From positions 2,880,001-2,944,000 of the forward strand of contig OZ244999.1 of the NCBI GenBank assembly GCA_965223265.1: DNA of 64,000 nucleotides. Reading direction: 5' to 3'. The notes under the pieces were generated by a model, which searched no databases, was not told where the DNA came from, and worked only from the letters and a program-made list of their open reading frames with translations. A program made the position numbers and the translations under genes. The number at the start of each line of letters is the position of its first letter. The stretch's first letter is position 1. Below are positions 1 to 9,700 of the stretch, one piece after another. The DNA is from Planctomycetota bacterium (GTDB lineage Bacteria; Planctomycetota; UBA8108; SXIK01).

Positions 1-2
1 AC

Positions 3-266
3 CGTTTCGCCATCGGCGCTGTGGTGTCCATTCCGATCGCAGAGGGAAAGAGCCTCACGCGCGAGCTGCACGCTGGTACGAGTTATCTCTCAGCGAGTGA
101 GCTTGCCGTCCACTTCGGTCTCGGAGAGATGACGCTTGTCGAGCGCGTCGAGGTCCGCTGGCCGGACGGCGTCGTCGAGGTGTTTGAAGACCTCGAGGTG
201 AATCGACGGCATCAGCTCGAGCGTCGCGTTGGGGCCGCGCCGAGGTCGTTGAGCGTCGACCCCTGA
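3..266 (+). CDS. ASPIC/UnbV domain-containing (CRTAC1-family) protein, C-terminal part; 5' end lies outside the window
   Basis: RELHAGTSYLSASELAVHFGLG...VERVEVRWPDG is the characteristic ASPIC/UnbV signature; frame is open to the window edge. Confidence 0.8.
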   Translation, partial: RFAIGAVVSIPIAEGKSLTRELHAGTSYLSASELAVHFGLGEMTLVERVEVRWPDGVVEVFEDLEVNRRHQLERRVGAAPRSLSVDP

Positions 267-291
267 CAGCGCCCGCTTGGTCGCCGTGAAT

Positions 292-1359
292 TCACTTTCT
301 TCGACGCTGCGCCGGGCACGTTTTTCTGAGGACGATGCCATAGCGCTGCATGCGGCGATAGAGAGTTGAGCGTGAGACGCCGAGCCTTTCGGCTGCGATC
401 GTCAGGTTGTTGTTGGCAGCCATCAGCGTTTCGCGCACGACGGGTCCGAGCAGTTGGCGCTCGAGGTCAGCCAGCTTGGCGTGTTTCGACCGCGCGCGGC
501 GGGGGCGGCGTGTTCCGTTCAGGATGCGCCTTGAGAGTTGTCGTTCTGTCACCGTGCCTCGGTGAGTGCATACCAGACGATGCACCTCGTTTTTCAGCTC
601 GCGTACGTTGCCGGGCCAGTCGTAGGCGATCAATCTCTTCATGGCTGCTTCGGAGAATCGAAGCGGCGGTGTCCGATCTAGGTGCTCAGCGAAGACGTTG
701 GCGAAGTAGAGGACCAGGAGGGGGACGTCGGTGGCGCGGGATCGCAAAGGCGGAAGGTGGATTGTGGCGACGTTGAGGCGGTAGTAGAGGTCCTCGCGAA
801 ACTGTTGCCGTTCGACGAGATCCTCCAGCACCCGATTGGTCGCGGAAATGACACGAAAGTCGACCTTGATCGCCGCGCTGCCGCCGATTCTTCGGACCTC
901 GCGTTCCTGGAGCACGCGGAGGAGGCGTTTCTGCGTCCCGAGGTCCATCTCGCCGATTTCATCGAGAAAGACGCTGCCTCCCTGGGAACGCTCGAAGATC
1001 CCGGCGTGCCCGCTCGCCGCGCCGGTAAAGGCGCCGCGTTCGTGGCCAAACAATTCAGCCTCGATCAGGCTGGGCGGGATGGCGCCGCAGTTTTCGCTGA
1101 TAAAGGGCTCGTTGCGACGCTGGCTCAGGTTGTGGATGGCCTTCGCCACGAGCTCCTTCCCGGTGCCGCTCTCGCCTTCGATCAGAACCGACAGGTCCGA
1201 CTTGGCCAGTGTCGCGATCGAGTGGTGCACGCCTCGAAGCGCCGAACTGCTGCCGACCAGTTCGTCCACGGCGTCACTCCATGATGATTGTTGTAACGTC
1301 TTTTGGTCTACAGTATTATGTGGCTTCCCCTGCTCCGCTGCGGAGCGGTTGGAGCCCAA
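292..1359 (-). CDS. Sigma-54-dependent enhancer-binding protein (AAA+ plus Fis-type HTH) without an N-terminal sensory domain
   Basis: Walker A GESGTGKE, ELFGHERGAFTGA, Walker B FLDEIGEM, REDLYYRL, WPGNVREL, C-terminal AAERLGVSRSTLYRRM; start codon uncertain. Confidence 0.93.
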   Translation of the reverse strand: MGSNRSAAEQGKPHNTVDQKTLQQSSWSDAVDELVGSSSALRGVHHSIATLAKSDLSVLIEGESGTGKELVAKAIHNLSQRRNEPFISENCGAIPPSLIEAELFGHERGAFTGAASGHAGIFERSQGGSVFLDEIGEMDLGTQKRLLRVLQEREVRRIGGSAAIKVDFRVISATNRVLEDLVERQQFREDLYYRLNVATIHLPPLRSRATDVPLLVLYFANVFAEHLDRTPPLRFSEAAMKRLIAYDWPGNVRELKNEVHRLVCTHRGTVTERQLSRRILNGTRRPRRARSKHAKLADLERQLLGPVVRETLMAANNNLTIAAERLGVSRSTLYRRMQRYGIVLRKTCPAQRRRK

Positions 1360-1596
1360 GGGATTATTTCTTAAAGTTAAGATTTGTCAAATGATTAACT
1401 GGTGGGCGAGCGCTCACCCAGCGCTGACCAGAGGTGCAGAAGCTACGGGACAGGAGTGGAATCCAAGGAGCGGATCCGCACCGCGTTTGTAGCCGCAGCT
1501 GCAGCGTGGGGCGGCTCCCGGAGCGACACTACACGGCGGTCGCTCCCCGCACCATCGTTTCCGTTTGGCGCGCCGTTTGGGCGCCGGGAGGGAGTC

Positions 1597-2241
1597 TTGG
1601 CTTTCGGACAACATTGGGAGTGGCGAGGATTTGGTGCTCTTCCTATGGAGTCGCGTCGCCGTATCGAGTCTTTGCCGCCACGTTTTCCCCGCGCTCAAGA
1701 GCTCACCGATCGTTATCTCTGGAGTGCGCGGTCGAAGGTCAACGTCAAGCTTCGTCATGGCGACCTCAAATTCAAGCGCCTGGTCCGCCAACTAGACGAC
1801 CTCGAGGAGTGGCTCGAGGATCGGGACGAGAACCATCCCTTTCCGCTCGGTGCGACCGAATGGGCTAAGCTGGCGAGCGTACTCGACGTCGATCTGGGGG
1901 CACCGCCGGCGGTTGAGATCGAGCGCGATGGGTTGCTCGCTGCGATCGAACGGCTCTCTGAGGTCAAAGTCATCGACGTCACGAAGCGCCGGCAGCAGTT
2001 CAGTCTCGACATCTTGATGCGAGACGAGATGCATCCCGTGATTGTTGAGCTGGCTGAGATTTCAGCGCCGGAACGCATCGTCAGCGTTGGTATCGAGAAC
2101 GAAGAGCGTGAGCTCGTCGAGCGAGCTCGCGTGGAGCTCGACCTCGGTCCTGAGGTCGTCGCGCTCAGCTATTTCGACGCTCTGGGGCGCTGGGCGCGCG
2201 GCTTCAAGATCGATGTCGCTGCGGGACGGCAAGCGCCGTAG
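1597..2241 (+). CDS. Hypothetical protein, CYTH/triphosphate-tunnel-like
   Basis: GGAG RBS before TTG at 1597; WEWRGFG, DRYL, VNVKLRHGDLKFK, VTKRRQQF, VELAEI and SYFDAL pattern resembles the CYTH-like fold. Confidence 0.55.
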   Translation: MAFGQHWEWRGFGALPMESRRRIESLPPRFPRAQELTDRYLWSARSKVNVKLRHGDLKFKRLVRQLDDLEEWLEDRDENHPFPLGATEWAKLASVLDVDLGAPPAVEIERDGLLAAIERLSEVKVIDVTKRRQQFSLDILMRDEMHPVIVELAEISAPERIVSVGIENEERELVERARVELDLGPEVVALSYFDALGRWARGFKIDVAAGRQAP

Positions 2242-2338
2242 CGGGTTTCGTCGTCGAGCGCCGAGACCACGTTCTCCGATTCCGCACGGCGTGGAATGCC
2301 TCTTCGTGCGGTGAGCCTCCGCGAGCTTGAGAGAAGGG

Positions 2339-3439
2339 CTAAAACGCTGAGAAGAGGGCGTTGACGAAAGTGCTGATTGGGGCTTGCTCGCGCAAGTCTT
2401 CAAGCGCCTCGCGGGCTTGCACGAGGATGCTGACGAGCTCGCGCCACGCTTGGTCGTTGTTGACGATCTGCCCCAGCGTGCCGTGACCAGAGTTGACTTT
2501 GTTGACGATGTCACGTGCCGACTCCAGGATCTCCTCGAATGACTTGGCCAGTTCACCGTCGGTGAGAAGCTTTGCGACAACTCCGTCTCCTTGGCGAAGC
2601 GAGTCGGTCACCTCACGCAGGTTGCTGATTGCGACGCGCAGCTCTTCCTTCGCCGCCTCGTCGCGCAGTAAAAACGCGAGGATCCCCTCGCCGGCCCGTA
2701 GCTCCTCTGAAACCTCGGAGAGGTTCGTGATCAGCTTGAGTGCCTCGTCACGCGCTTTCGGATCCTTAATCAACGAACCGAGCAGTCCTTCGGCCTCTTC
2801 GATGGACTTGGCGACGCTACTAAACGTATCGGACATTTCACGAAAGCTGCGGATGGTTTGGCTGAAGTCATCGCCGAGCTCAACGTCATGGATCACGCGC
2901 CCGAGAATGCCGCGGCCGGTCCGCAGCTCTTCAACGACGTTGTGGATGCCCTCGAGGATTTCCGTGATGCGCCCCGAGTTCTCCTGTACGAGATTCTCCA
3001 GCTGTTTGAATAGATCGCCAGCGGCCTCGCCGCGATACTCTCCATCCCTCAACACCGGTGTCACGATTTCGTCTTCCGATCGGCTTGTGATCTCGACGTG
3101 ACGGCCACCGAGCGCCCCGGAGCTTCTGATCTCGAAACTTGGATTTTTGCCGAGTTCGAACTTGTCGTCGAAGATGCGACATTTCACGAGAATCGGGTCA
3201 GCATTGACTTTGCGGTTTAGCTCGATGTCATCGACCATGCCGACTCGAAATCCCTGATAAAAGACACGATCGCCGGGCGAGAGACCATCGACATTCGCAA
3301 ACCTCACCGAAATCGTCTTCGGTGCCGCTGACAGCCATGAAAGTTCGCCCACCTTCAACGTGGCAACGCCAAAGATGAGGAGGCCGCCTAGGAAGGCGAC
3401 GCCGACGATGAAGTTACGGAAGCCAGGCGCTTTCGACAT
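2339..3439 (-). CDS. mlaD: MlaD/MCE family protein with long helical-repeat C-terminus
   Basis: N-terminal TM anchor, RFANVDGLSPGDRVFYQGFRVGMV MCE motif, GALGGRHVEI; five GxGxLxxLxxD repeats; AAGGAG RBS. Confidence 0.88.
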   Translation of the reverse strand: MSKAPGFRNFIVGVAFLGGLLIFGVATLKVGELSWLSAAPKTISVRFANVDGLSPGDRVFYQGFRVGMVDDIELNRKVNADPILVKCRIFDDKFELGKNPSFEIRSSGALGGRHVEITSRSEDEIVTPVLRDGEYRGEAAGDLFKQLENLVQENSGRITEILEGIHNVVEELRTGRGILGRVIHDVELGDDFSQTIRSFREMSDTFSSVAKSIEEAEGLLGSLIKDPKARDEALKLITNLSEVSEELRAGEGILAFLLRDEAAKEELRVAISNLREVTDSLRQGDGVVAKLLTDGELAKSFEEILESARDIVNKVNSGHGTLGQIVNNDQAWRELVSILVQAREALEDLREQAPISTFVNALFSAF

Positions 3440-3550
3440 GAGTCGCTCCTTCTAACAGCCTTTTCCTGTCAAGTGTTCGTCGATAGTAGGTCGGAACTGC
3501 TCGGACGACCGCGTGCTGCGTCGCCGAAACACAGATGCTTCGACTGGCTT

Positions 3551-4375
3551 TTAATCATCGCGCGTTAGCGGTCCTTTCGTGCTGCCGGAAATGAACTGCT
3601 GAACAATCGGATCGGACGAACTCCTAAACTCGTCTGGGGATCCGACAGCGATGATGCGTCCTTGGTAGAGCATTGCGATGCGATCCGCGATCATGTACGC
3701 GCTCTCCATGTCGTGCGTCACGACGATTTGAGTCGAACCGAGTGCTTCTCGGGTGTGGATGATGAGTTCGTTGATTGTGTTCGCGATCACGGGGTCGAGT
3801 CCTGAAGTTGGTTCGTCGTAGAGGATGATCTCGGGGTCCAGTACGATCGCCCGAGCGAGGGCTGCGCGCTTCTTCATGCCGCCCGATATGTCACCCGGGT
3901 ACTTGTCACGGGCGCTTTCCATTTCAACGAGGCGGAGTTTTTCGAGCACGCGCTCGTGGCGCTGGGACGCGGTCATTTGGCGTCGATGCTCGAGGAGGGG
4001 CAGTTCGATGTTTTCAGCGACGGTCATCCAGTTGAGCAGCGCCCCCGCCTGAAACAAATAACCCATGCGCAGACTGAGGGCCTGGCGTTCTTTCTTCGTC
4101 AACTGCCTCTGATCGCGTCCGAACACGGTGACGCTTCCTGAGTCTGGTTCGAGCAAGCCGACGATGTGGCGAATCGTGACACTTTTCCCCGTTCCGCTCC
4201 GACCGATGATCACGAGAGTCTCATTAGGGTAGACCTTGAGATCGAGCGAACGTAGGACGTGAAAGCTTCCAAAGCTCTTCGAGACACCCTTCAGCTCGAC
4301 GAGCGGCGCCTCCGCATCGTCGCGTGCTTTCGGTTCAGGGGGGCTGTCGTCTTTGGGCGGATCGGTGGTCAGCAA
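3551..4375 (-). CDS. mlaF: ABC transporter ATP-binding protein, MlaF/Mkl family
   Basis: GRSGTGKS, ISGGMKKRAALARA, YDEPTSGLDP, VVTHD, DPIVQQFISG. Confidence 0.93.
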   Translation of the reverse strand: MLTTDPPKDDSPPEPKARDDAEAPLVELKGVSKSFGSFHVLRSLDLKVYPNETLVIIGRSGTGKSVTIRHIVGLLEPDSGSVTVFGRDQRQLTKKERQALSLRMGYLFQAGALLNWMTVAENIELPLLEHRRQMTASQRHERVLEKLRLVEMESARDKYPGDISGGMKKRAALARAIVLDPEIILYDEPTSGLDPVIANTINELIIHTREALGSTQIVVTHDMESAYMIADRIAMLYQGRIIAVGSPDEFRSSSDPIVQQFISGSTKGPLTRDD

Positions 4376-4378
4376 GGT

Positions 4379-5176
4379 TCAGAGATTCAACCGGAAGAAG
4401 ATGAACGTGATGTAGTAGCCAAGAATGATGATCAGAAGGTAGGAGTAAACGACCGACTTGCGCGTTGCTTGACCAACGCCGATGGCGCCCCCTCGCGCGC
4501 GCAAACCTTGCGAACAACCGACGATGGCGATGACGATCCCGAAGATGACCGCCTTCAAGACTCCGGTGTTGACGTCCTTCAGGGTCAAGTAGTCGAGCGC
4601 GTCCGTGCGGAATCTTTGAAAGCTGACGTCGAATTGCGCGTAGCTGATCACAGCGCCGCCGACGATTCCGACCAGGCTCGTGTAGACGGTGAGCACTGGC
4701 GTCATGATCGCCATGGCGATCAGCCGCGGCAGCACCAAGAAGCGTGCCGGATCGATGCTCATGATCTCGAGCGCGTCGATTTCTTCCGAGACTTTCATGG
4801 TGCCGAGCTCAGCGGCGATCCCTGAGCCAACACTCGCCGCCAGGATCAGCGCGGTCATAAACGGGCCCATTTCGCGCACCATCGAGACGGCCACGATCCT
4901 CCCGATGAGCTCCTCCTGGTCGATCTCTTGTAAGCTGAGGCCGCCGTTGAGCGCCAGAATGACCCCTGTGAAAATGCTGACGACGAGCGTCACGGGAATG
5001 GTCTGAATGCCGCAGATGTACATCTGCCGGTAGACGCTTTCGCGGTAGTGGCGGCGCAAGAGAGCCCCCACCTGGAGCGTCGAATGCGCCAAAAGACTTA
5101 ATCCGTAGCCGGTGCTCTCGGCCGCAGCGGTGAGTACTTCTCCGATTCGGCTGATCGGGGCAGTGAGGAACTTCAT
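4379..5176 (-). CDS. mlaE: ABC transporter permease, MlaE family
   Basis: VREMGPFMTALILAASVGSGIAAELGTMKVSEEIDALEIMSIDP...LVLPR; GGAIGVGQAT. Confidence 0.93.
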   Translation of the reverse strand: MKFLTAPISRIGEVLTAAAESTGYGLSLLAHSTLQVGALLRRHYRESVYRQMYICGIQTIPVTLVVSIFTGVILALNGGLSLQEIDQEELIGRIVAVSMVREMGPFMTALILAASVGSGIAAELGTMKVSEEIDALEIMSIDPARFLVLPRLIAMAIMTPVLTVYTSLVGIVGGAVISYAQFDVSFQRFRTDALDYLTLKDVNTGVLKAVIFGIVIAIVGCSQGLRARGGAIGVGQATRKSVVYSYLLIIILGYYITFIFFRLNL

Positions 5177-5225
5177 GGCTCCTTCGTCGACAGGTAGACG
5201 CCGAACGCTCGGACTTCAGAGGTGA

Positions 5226-6713
5226 CTACCACAGTGGAATGTAGAGTAGCTTGAGCGTCACCCCGCCGTCCTGCCGGCCGCACTCCAGCAGCCCGCCGAG
5301 GAGGCTGAACACGCTTTCGCGGCGCGTAGCATCGCGCCGAAACATCACGGCCCCATAAAGTACTTCCCACCCGGAAAGGTCTTGAGTCCACCGGTAGCGA
5401 AAGATGCTGAACCAGCGAGCATAGTGACGCTGGTATGGCTCGGCGTCGAACCAGAGCGGCGAAAACAGGTCGAAGCTGACGTCGTCGCCTCGTCGCTTGT
5501 AGTACCAAAACGGCCACACTTTCCACTTCTCTTCGGTTGCCAGTGTGTCCGTGTCAATGTAGTAGAAATGCCAGAGCAAAGGAAGCAGCCAGAAGCGTGT
5601 CGTCTCCTGGTTGCCGTCGGCGAACCAGTCGTAGCGCTCGATGGGCCAGAGGAAGAAGTGCCGATAACGTCGCCTGGCCGTGGCTCCGTCGCCGATGGGC
5701 CCGGGCTCTTCGAGCTGCTTGACGCCAAAGAACGGCCACAGGTCATAGTGGTTGTCGGTGAACCGGTACGGGATCACGTATCCCATATGGGTCGTCTGGC
5801 CGGTGCGTAGGTCTTCGTGGACTTGATAGAACGGCCACAGATAGGTTCGGGTTTCAGATCGTTCGCCGAGTCGATGACCGTAAAAAGGGAAGGTGAAAAA
5901 CGTTTGCTGCGGGCTGTCGTGCAGGCGATCCTCTCGCTCGATGTAAAACGGCCACAAGACGAAGCGCTGACGGCTCCGCGGCTCGCCATCTTGAGTCTGT
6001 GTGGAGTAGCGGCCATAGAACGGCCAGGCGCGCCAGCCTTCCCAGTTGCGGCCCCACACTGTGTTGACGAACGGCCACAGAACGTGGAGCGAGTGTTTGG
6101 ACTCGTTCTCGCTTTTCCAGTAGATCGGAAAGAGGGCGAAGTGGATTTTGTCTTGACCGAGGAGGCCGCGTAGTTGTCCGCCGACTGGAAAGAAGGCGAA
6201 ATAGCTCCCGGCGCCGGGTTCGTGCCCCCAGAAGAAGAACGGCAAAAGCATCCAGTCGCTGTCTGCGCCCTCTGGGCCACGGCGCTGGCGGTGAAAGAAC
6301 AGGGGCAGGAGCTGCACACGATGTTGGTTGTGTTCAAGTGACACGTCGACCACCGGCGGCAAGGACCGCACGCGTGTCCTTTCCAACTCGGGCGCGACCT
6401 CATCTCGCGGCACCCCGAGCGGTAGTGAGCGCTCGTAGCTGAACAGCGGGCGATAGTACACCTCTCGGCCCGTGGCTGCTTCCGGGCTGCTTGGGCTCGG
6501 GTACTCCTCGTAGAAGGGGGGGACGCCGTAGGTACCCTCGATCGTTCGGCAGCCTGAAACGCTGAGGACAAAAAGAGCGAGAGCCACCCCGCAAGATAGC
6601 GCCGCGCGCTCCGGCGCCGTCAGCGTCAGTCGAGCCGTACCTGCGGGAAGAAGTTGGGGACGATGAATCGCCAAACCAAGTTGCTCTTCTGGCTGTATGG
6701 AAGGAGATGGCAT
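5226..6713 (-). CDS. Hypothetical aromatic-rich lipoprotein with ~14 (W/F/L)P(F/L) repeats
   Basis: Lipobox-like VLSVSG-C; repeats LWPFV, AWPFY, LWPFY, FPFY, LWPFF, LWPIE, VWPFW; ends LKLLYIPLW; true start probably nearer 6630. Confidence 0.8.
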   Translation of the reverse strand: MPSPSIQPEEQLGLAIHRPQLLPAGTARLTLTAPERAALSCGVALALFVLSVSGCRTIEGTYGVPPFYEEYPSPSSPEAATGREVYYRPLFSYERSLPLGVPRDEVAPELERTRVRSLPPVVDVSLEHNQHRVQLLPLFFHRQRRGPEGADSDWMLLPFFFWGHEPGAGSYFAFFPVGGQLRGLLGQDKIHFALFPIYWKSENESKHSLHVLWPFVNTVWGRNWEGWRAWPFYGRYSTQTQDGEPRSRQRFVLWPFYIEREDRLHDSPQQTFFTFPFYGHRLGERSETRTYLWPFYQVHEDLRTGQTTHMGYVIPYRFTDNHYDLWPFFGVKQLEEPGPIGDGATARRRYRHFFLWPIERYDWFADGNQETTRFWLLPLLWHFYYIDTDTLATEEKWKVWPFWYYKRRGDDVSFDLFSPLWFDAEPYQRHYARWFSIFRYRWTQDLSGWEVLYGAVMFRRDATRRESVFSLLGGLLECGRQDGGVTLKLLYIPLW

Positions 6714-9700
6714 GGGTTGAGGCTGAGCGTCTTCGTGGCTCCCTGCCCTGTGTCATCGTCCGTAAGTAGCAGACTCAGGCCGAATCGATAGCCTTTCGGC
6801 GGCGGATTCTGCGGCGAGAATTCACCCGAAAACGTCGACCAGGGAAGTGCTACTTCATAGATCGCGCCGGTGTTGTCAAGCTTTCTCTTGACTGCGAACT
6901 TGCCGTCGGGTTTCTCACCTTCTTCTTCGTCCTCCTCTTCTTTCTCGTCCTCGTCTGTGTCCTCGCCAGATTCTTCGTCTTCGTCACTGAGTTTGTCTTC
7001 GTTGCGGCGTTTCGGGACGGTCAGCGCCAAAGTCATGAGGAGGTCTGTACCGTGCTGACGGTAGCCCTTGTCCGCCGTTGGGTCGACGCCAATGATCAGG
7101 CAGTCGCCTTTCCAATTCTCTGCGTCGCGGTCATACGGGTGCAGCACGTCGTCGGTCACGTCAAAGGCAAAGTAGAAGTAGTTCTCATCCCAACCGGTGT
7201 AGAGGGTGCCAGAGAGATCTTCTTCGCCTTCCCAGTGCTGCAGGATTTTAGGGCCAGGAATGGAACCGATGTACCGTGGCGTATTGAGGTCCAAGCGTGA
7301 CCCGATGTCCCACCAATCGTTGAGGCGCCCGTCGATCGTCGGTGGGTGGGGGAGGCGCCGAGAGGTGATCTCGGGCATTGACCGACCTCTTTTGAACTGA
7401 CGCTCCATGTGCTCCTGCTTGAGGCCATCAAGCACGAACTGCGCTAGGAGCTGTTCCTGGCGAGATTGACCGCCAACGGATTCCTCCTCAAGAAGTGAGC
7501 GGTCCACGAGTCGAATGGCTTCTTCGATCTTGTCTTTGCGAAGGAATTCTTGCGCTAGTCTTGTCAGCACCGTGGTGTCGTTCGGTTCGGACAGCCATGA
7601 CTTGAGCAACGGAGTGTCGGTGAAGAACCGCTGCTCAGACTCGGTGTCGGACTCGAACGCGGCGTCGCCGCCGTCACTTAGGACGACGAAACGTCCGTCG
7701 ATGAGTGCACTTGCGAAGCTCCCCTTCTCTTCCAAGAACTGATTGACCTGTTCCGCAACTTCCGGGCGTCCCGTACCCTTCTTGCGGTCAAACACTGAAA
7801 TCGAGTTGTTCGGGTCGTGAAAGATGATCAGTCCAGGCGCCAGGTAGAGGCGCCATTGAGAGCTGTAAAACGTCCCCAGATTCGGCTCCGACGGCCACAC
7901 CTTGCCGATGACCGCTCGATCGACGCCGCCGCCGGGGCGTAGCTCCAGGGCCAGCAGCTCCCAGTGGTCGTCACCGTGCACTACGTAGAGCTGTTGTCCG
8001 TCGCGAAAGATAGAAAACCGCGAACGCCGAGAGGGGAATCCTTCGTAACGCCACCGTTCGGTTCCGGTGGTCGTGGAAATCGACACGAGCGCCGGGTGGT
8101 TGCCCGCTCGGTTGAGCAGAATGATGCACTCGTTGGGGAAATCCTCGAAGTGGTTCAGCGTACGTATGAAGCCTTTGCCGCGGTCGGGGGCGTAGCTCCA
8201 GAGGGTCTGCTCGCTGCGTAGGTCGAAAAGGTCGACTCGCCCGCGGTAGGGTACGAGCAGCCGATGACCCGGCAGCACGATGCGTTCGGGCCGCAGAGTC
8301 GCACGCTCGCCGGCAATGCGCCGCAACAGAGCTCCTGTCGTCGCGTCGTGAACGTGGATGCCCGCCGGTGCCTTGCTGAAGATGAAAATCTTCTCGAGCG
8401 CGAAGACGTGTTTGACGTGATCCGGTTCGTACGTCAGCTGCACCTCCCAGATTCTTTCGCCATCGATCGAGTAGCGAAACAGAGTGCCGCGACTCGTCAG
8501 GGCGAAGAGTCCGCCGGCGTCGATCTCAACGTGGAGCAGCTGCTCGCGTAGCTGACGCAGATTCTTCGTGTTTTCACCGAAGGGCACATGCCACTTGACG
8601 AGCCCGTTCTCCGTGTCAATCGCGAACAGATTGCTCCGATCGAAGAGTATCAATAACGCGTCGACAAAACGGCCGCGGAGGGCCCGTGGCCCGTGACGCG
8701 GTAGCGTCGAGAAATACGTGCCGCTGTTGAGCACAAAGCCAGGGATGAGGCTCAGGTTGACTCGCCACTTGTACAATCCGGTGTCGACGCCTCGAAGGTC
8801 GACCATTTCATTCGATTGCGTCAAGAATGTCCCGTCCAGAGCCGCAGGCGCGTCGCCTTCTGGAACAAGAAAGAGGCGACTCACCGCCTCAAGATTCGCC
8901 GGCGAGCGCCACGCTTTTCGGAGCGGCGCACGGAGCGTTTTAGGAGCGCCCGCTGGCAGCCCAATCAGTCCCGGGTCTCTGAGGCGCGGCTCCAAGTAAT
9001 CGCGGACCGTCTCGCCGCTCTTCATGTTGCCGACGCCATCCACGGTGTCGTCTCCGAATTGCTCAATCACCGCGAGCGAAAGCTCTTTGGCTTTTTGCCT
9101 CTCGCCGCTTTGGAACAAGAGATTAACGAGGTGGAGGTGCACGCGCACGAGTTCGCCTCGATCGATCTGGGGGTCGTCAGCGTAATCGCGAACGTATCCT
9201 TCGAGCGCTCCCGCTGCCTGCTGAAGGCTGAGACGATCACGATATCTTTGCGACAGATCGAGATACGCCGCGGCAGCCGCTCTGGTGAACGGGTAGGTTC
9301 GGATCACTTCCTGGTAGAGAATCGGCGTGCTCTTCTGACGTGCTTCAGCAAGCCGCGCCGCAGCAGCGGTTTCGACTGCTTCGAAGACTCTTTGCGGTTC
9401 CGCGCTCTGACGTCGCAAACGGCGGATCCGGTCGCGTAGATATGCGTCACTGCTGACGGATAGGAGCGGTGTCGGACTATACTCCGTCGCGCCACGATCG
9501 ACCTCCAGCGCAGCGTGGAGGTGAGCGAGAGCCGCTGCGGCTTGCCCGCTCGCCTCGAGCGCGTCTGCAAGCGCGACGGCGGCGCGAATTTTCCGCTCGG
9601 CCGTGTTTTCGAGGCGGACCCGAAACGTGAGTAGTCGCAGGCGTATCGCGTCGACCGCCTCGGTCGTGCTGAGAGCCGCAAGCAAGTCCGCGAGTTCCAA

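Noticed and set aside
1565-1580. TTGGCGCGCCGTTTGG sigma-54-like motif
   Set aside because: The -12 position is GG rather than GC, and it lies too close to the start codon at 1597.
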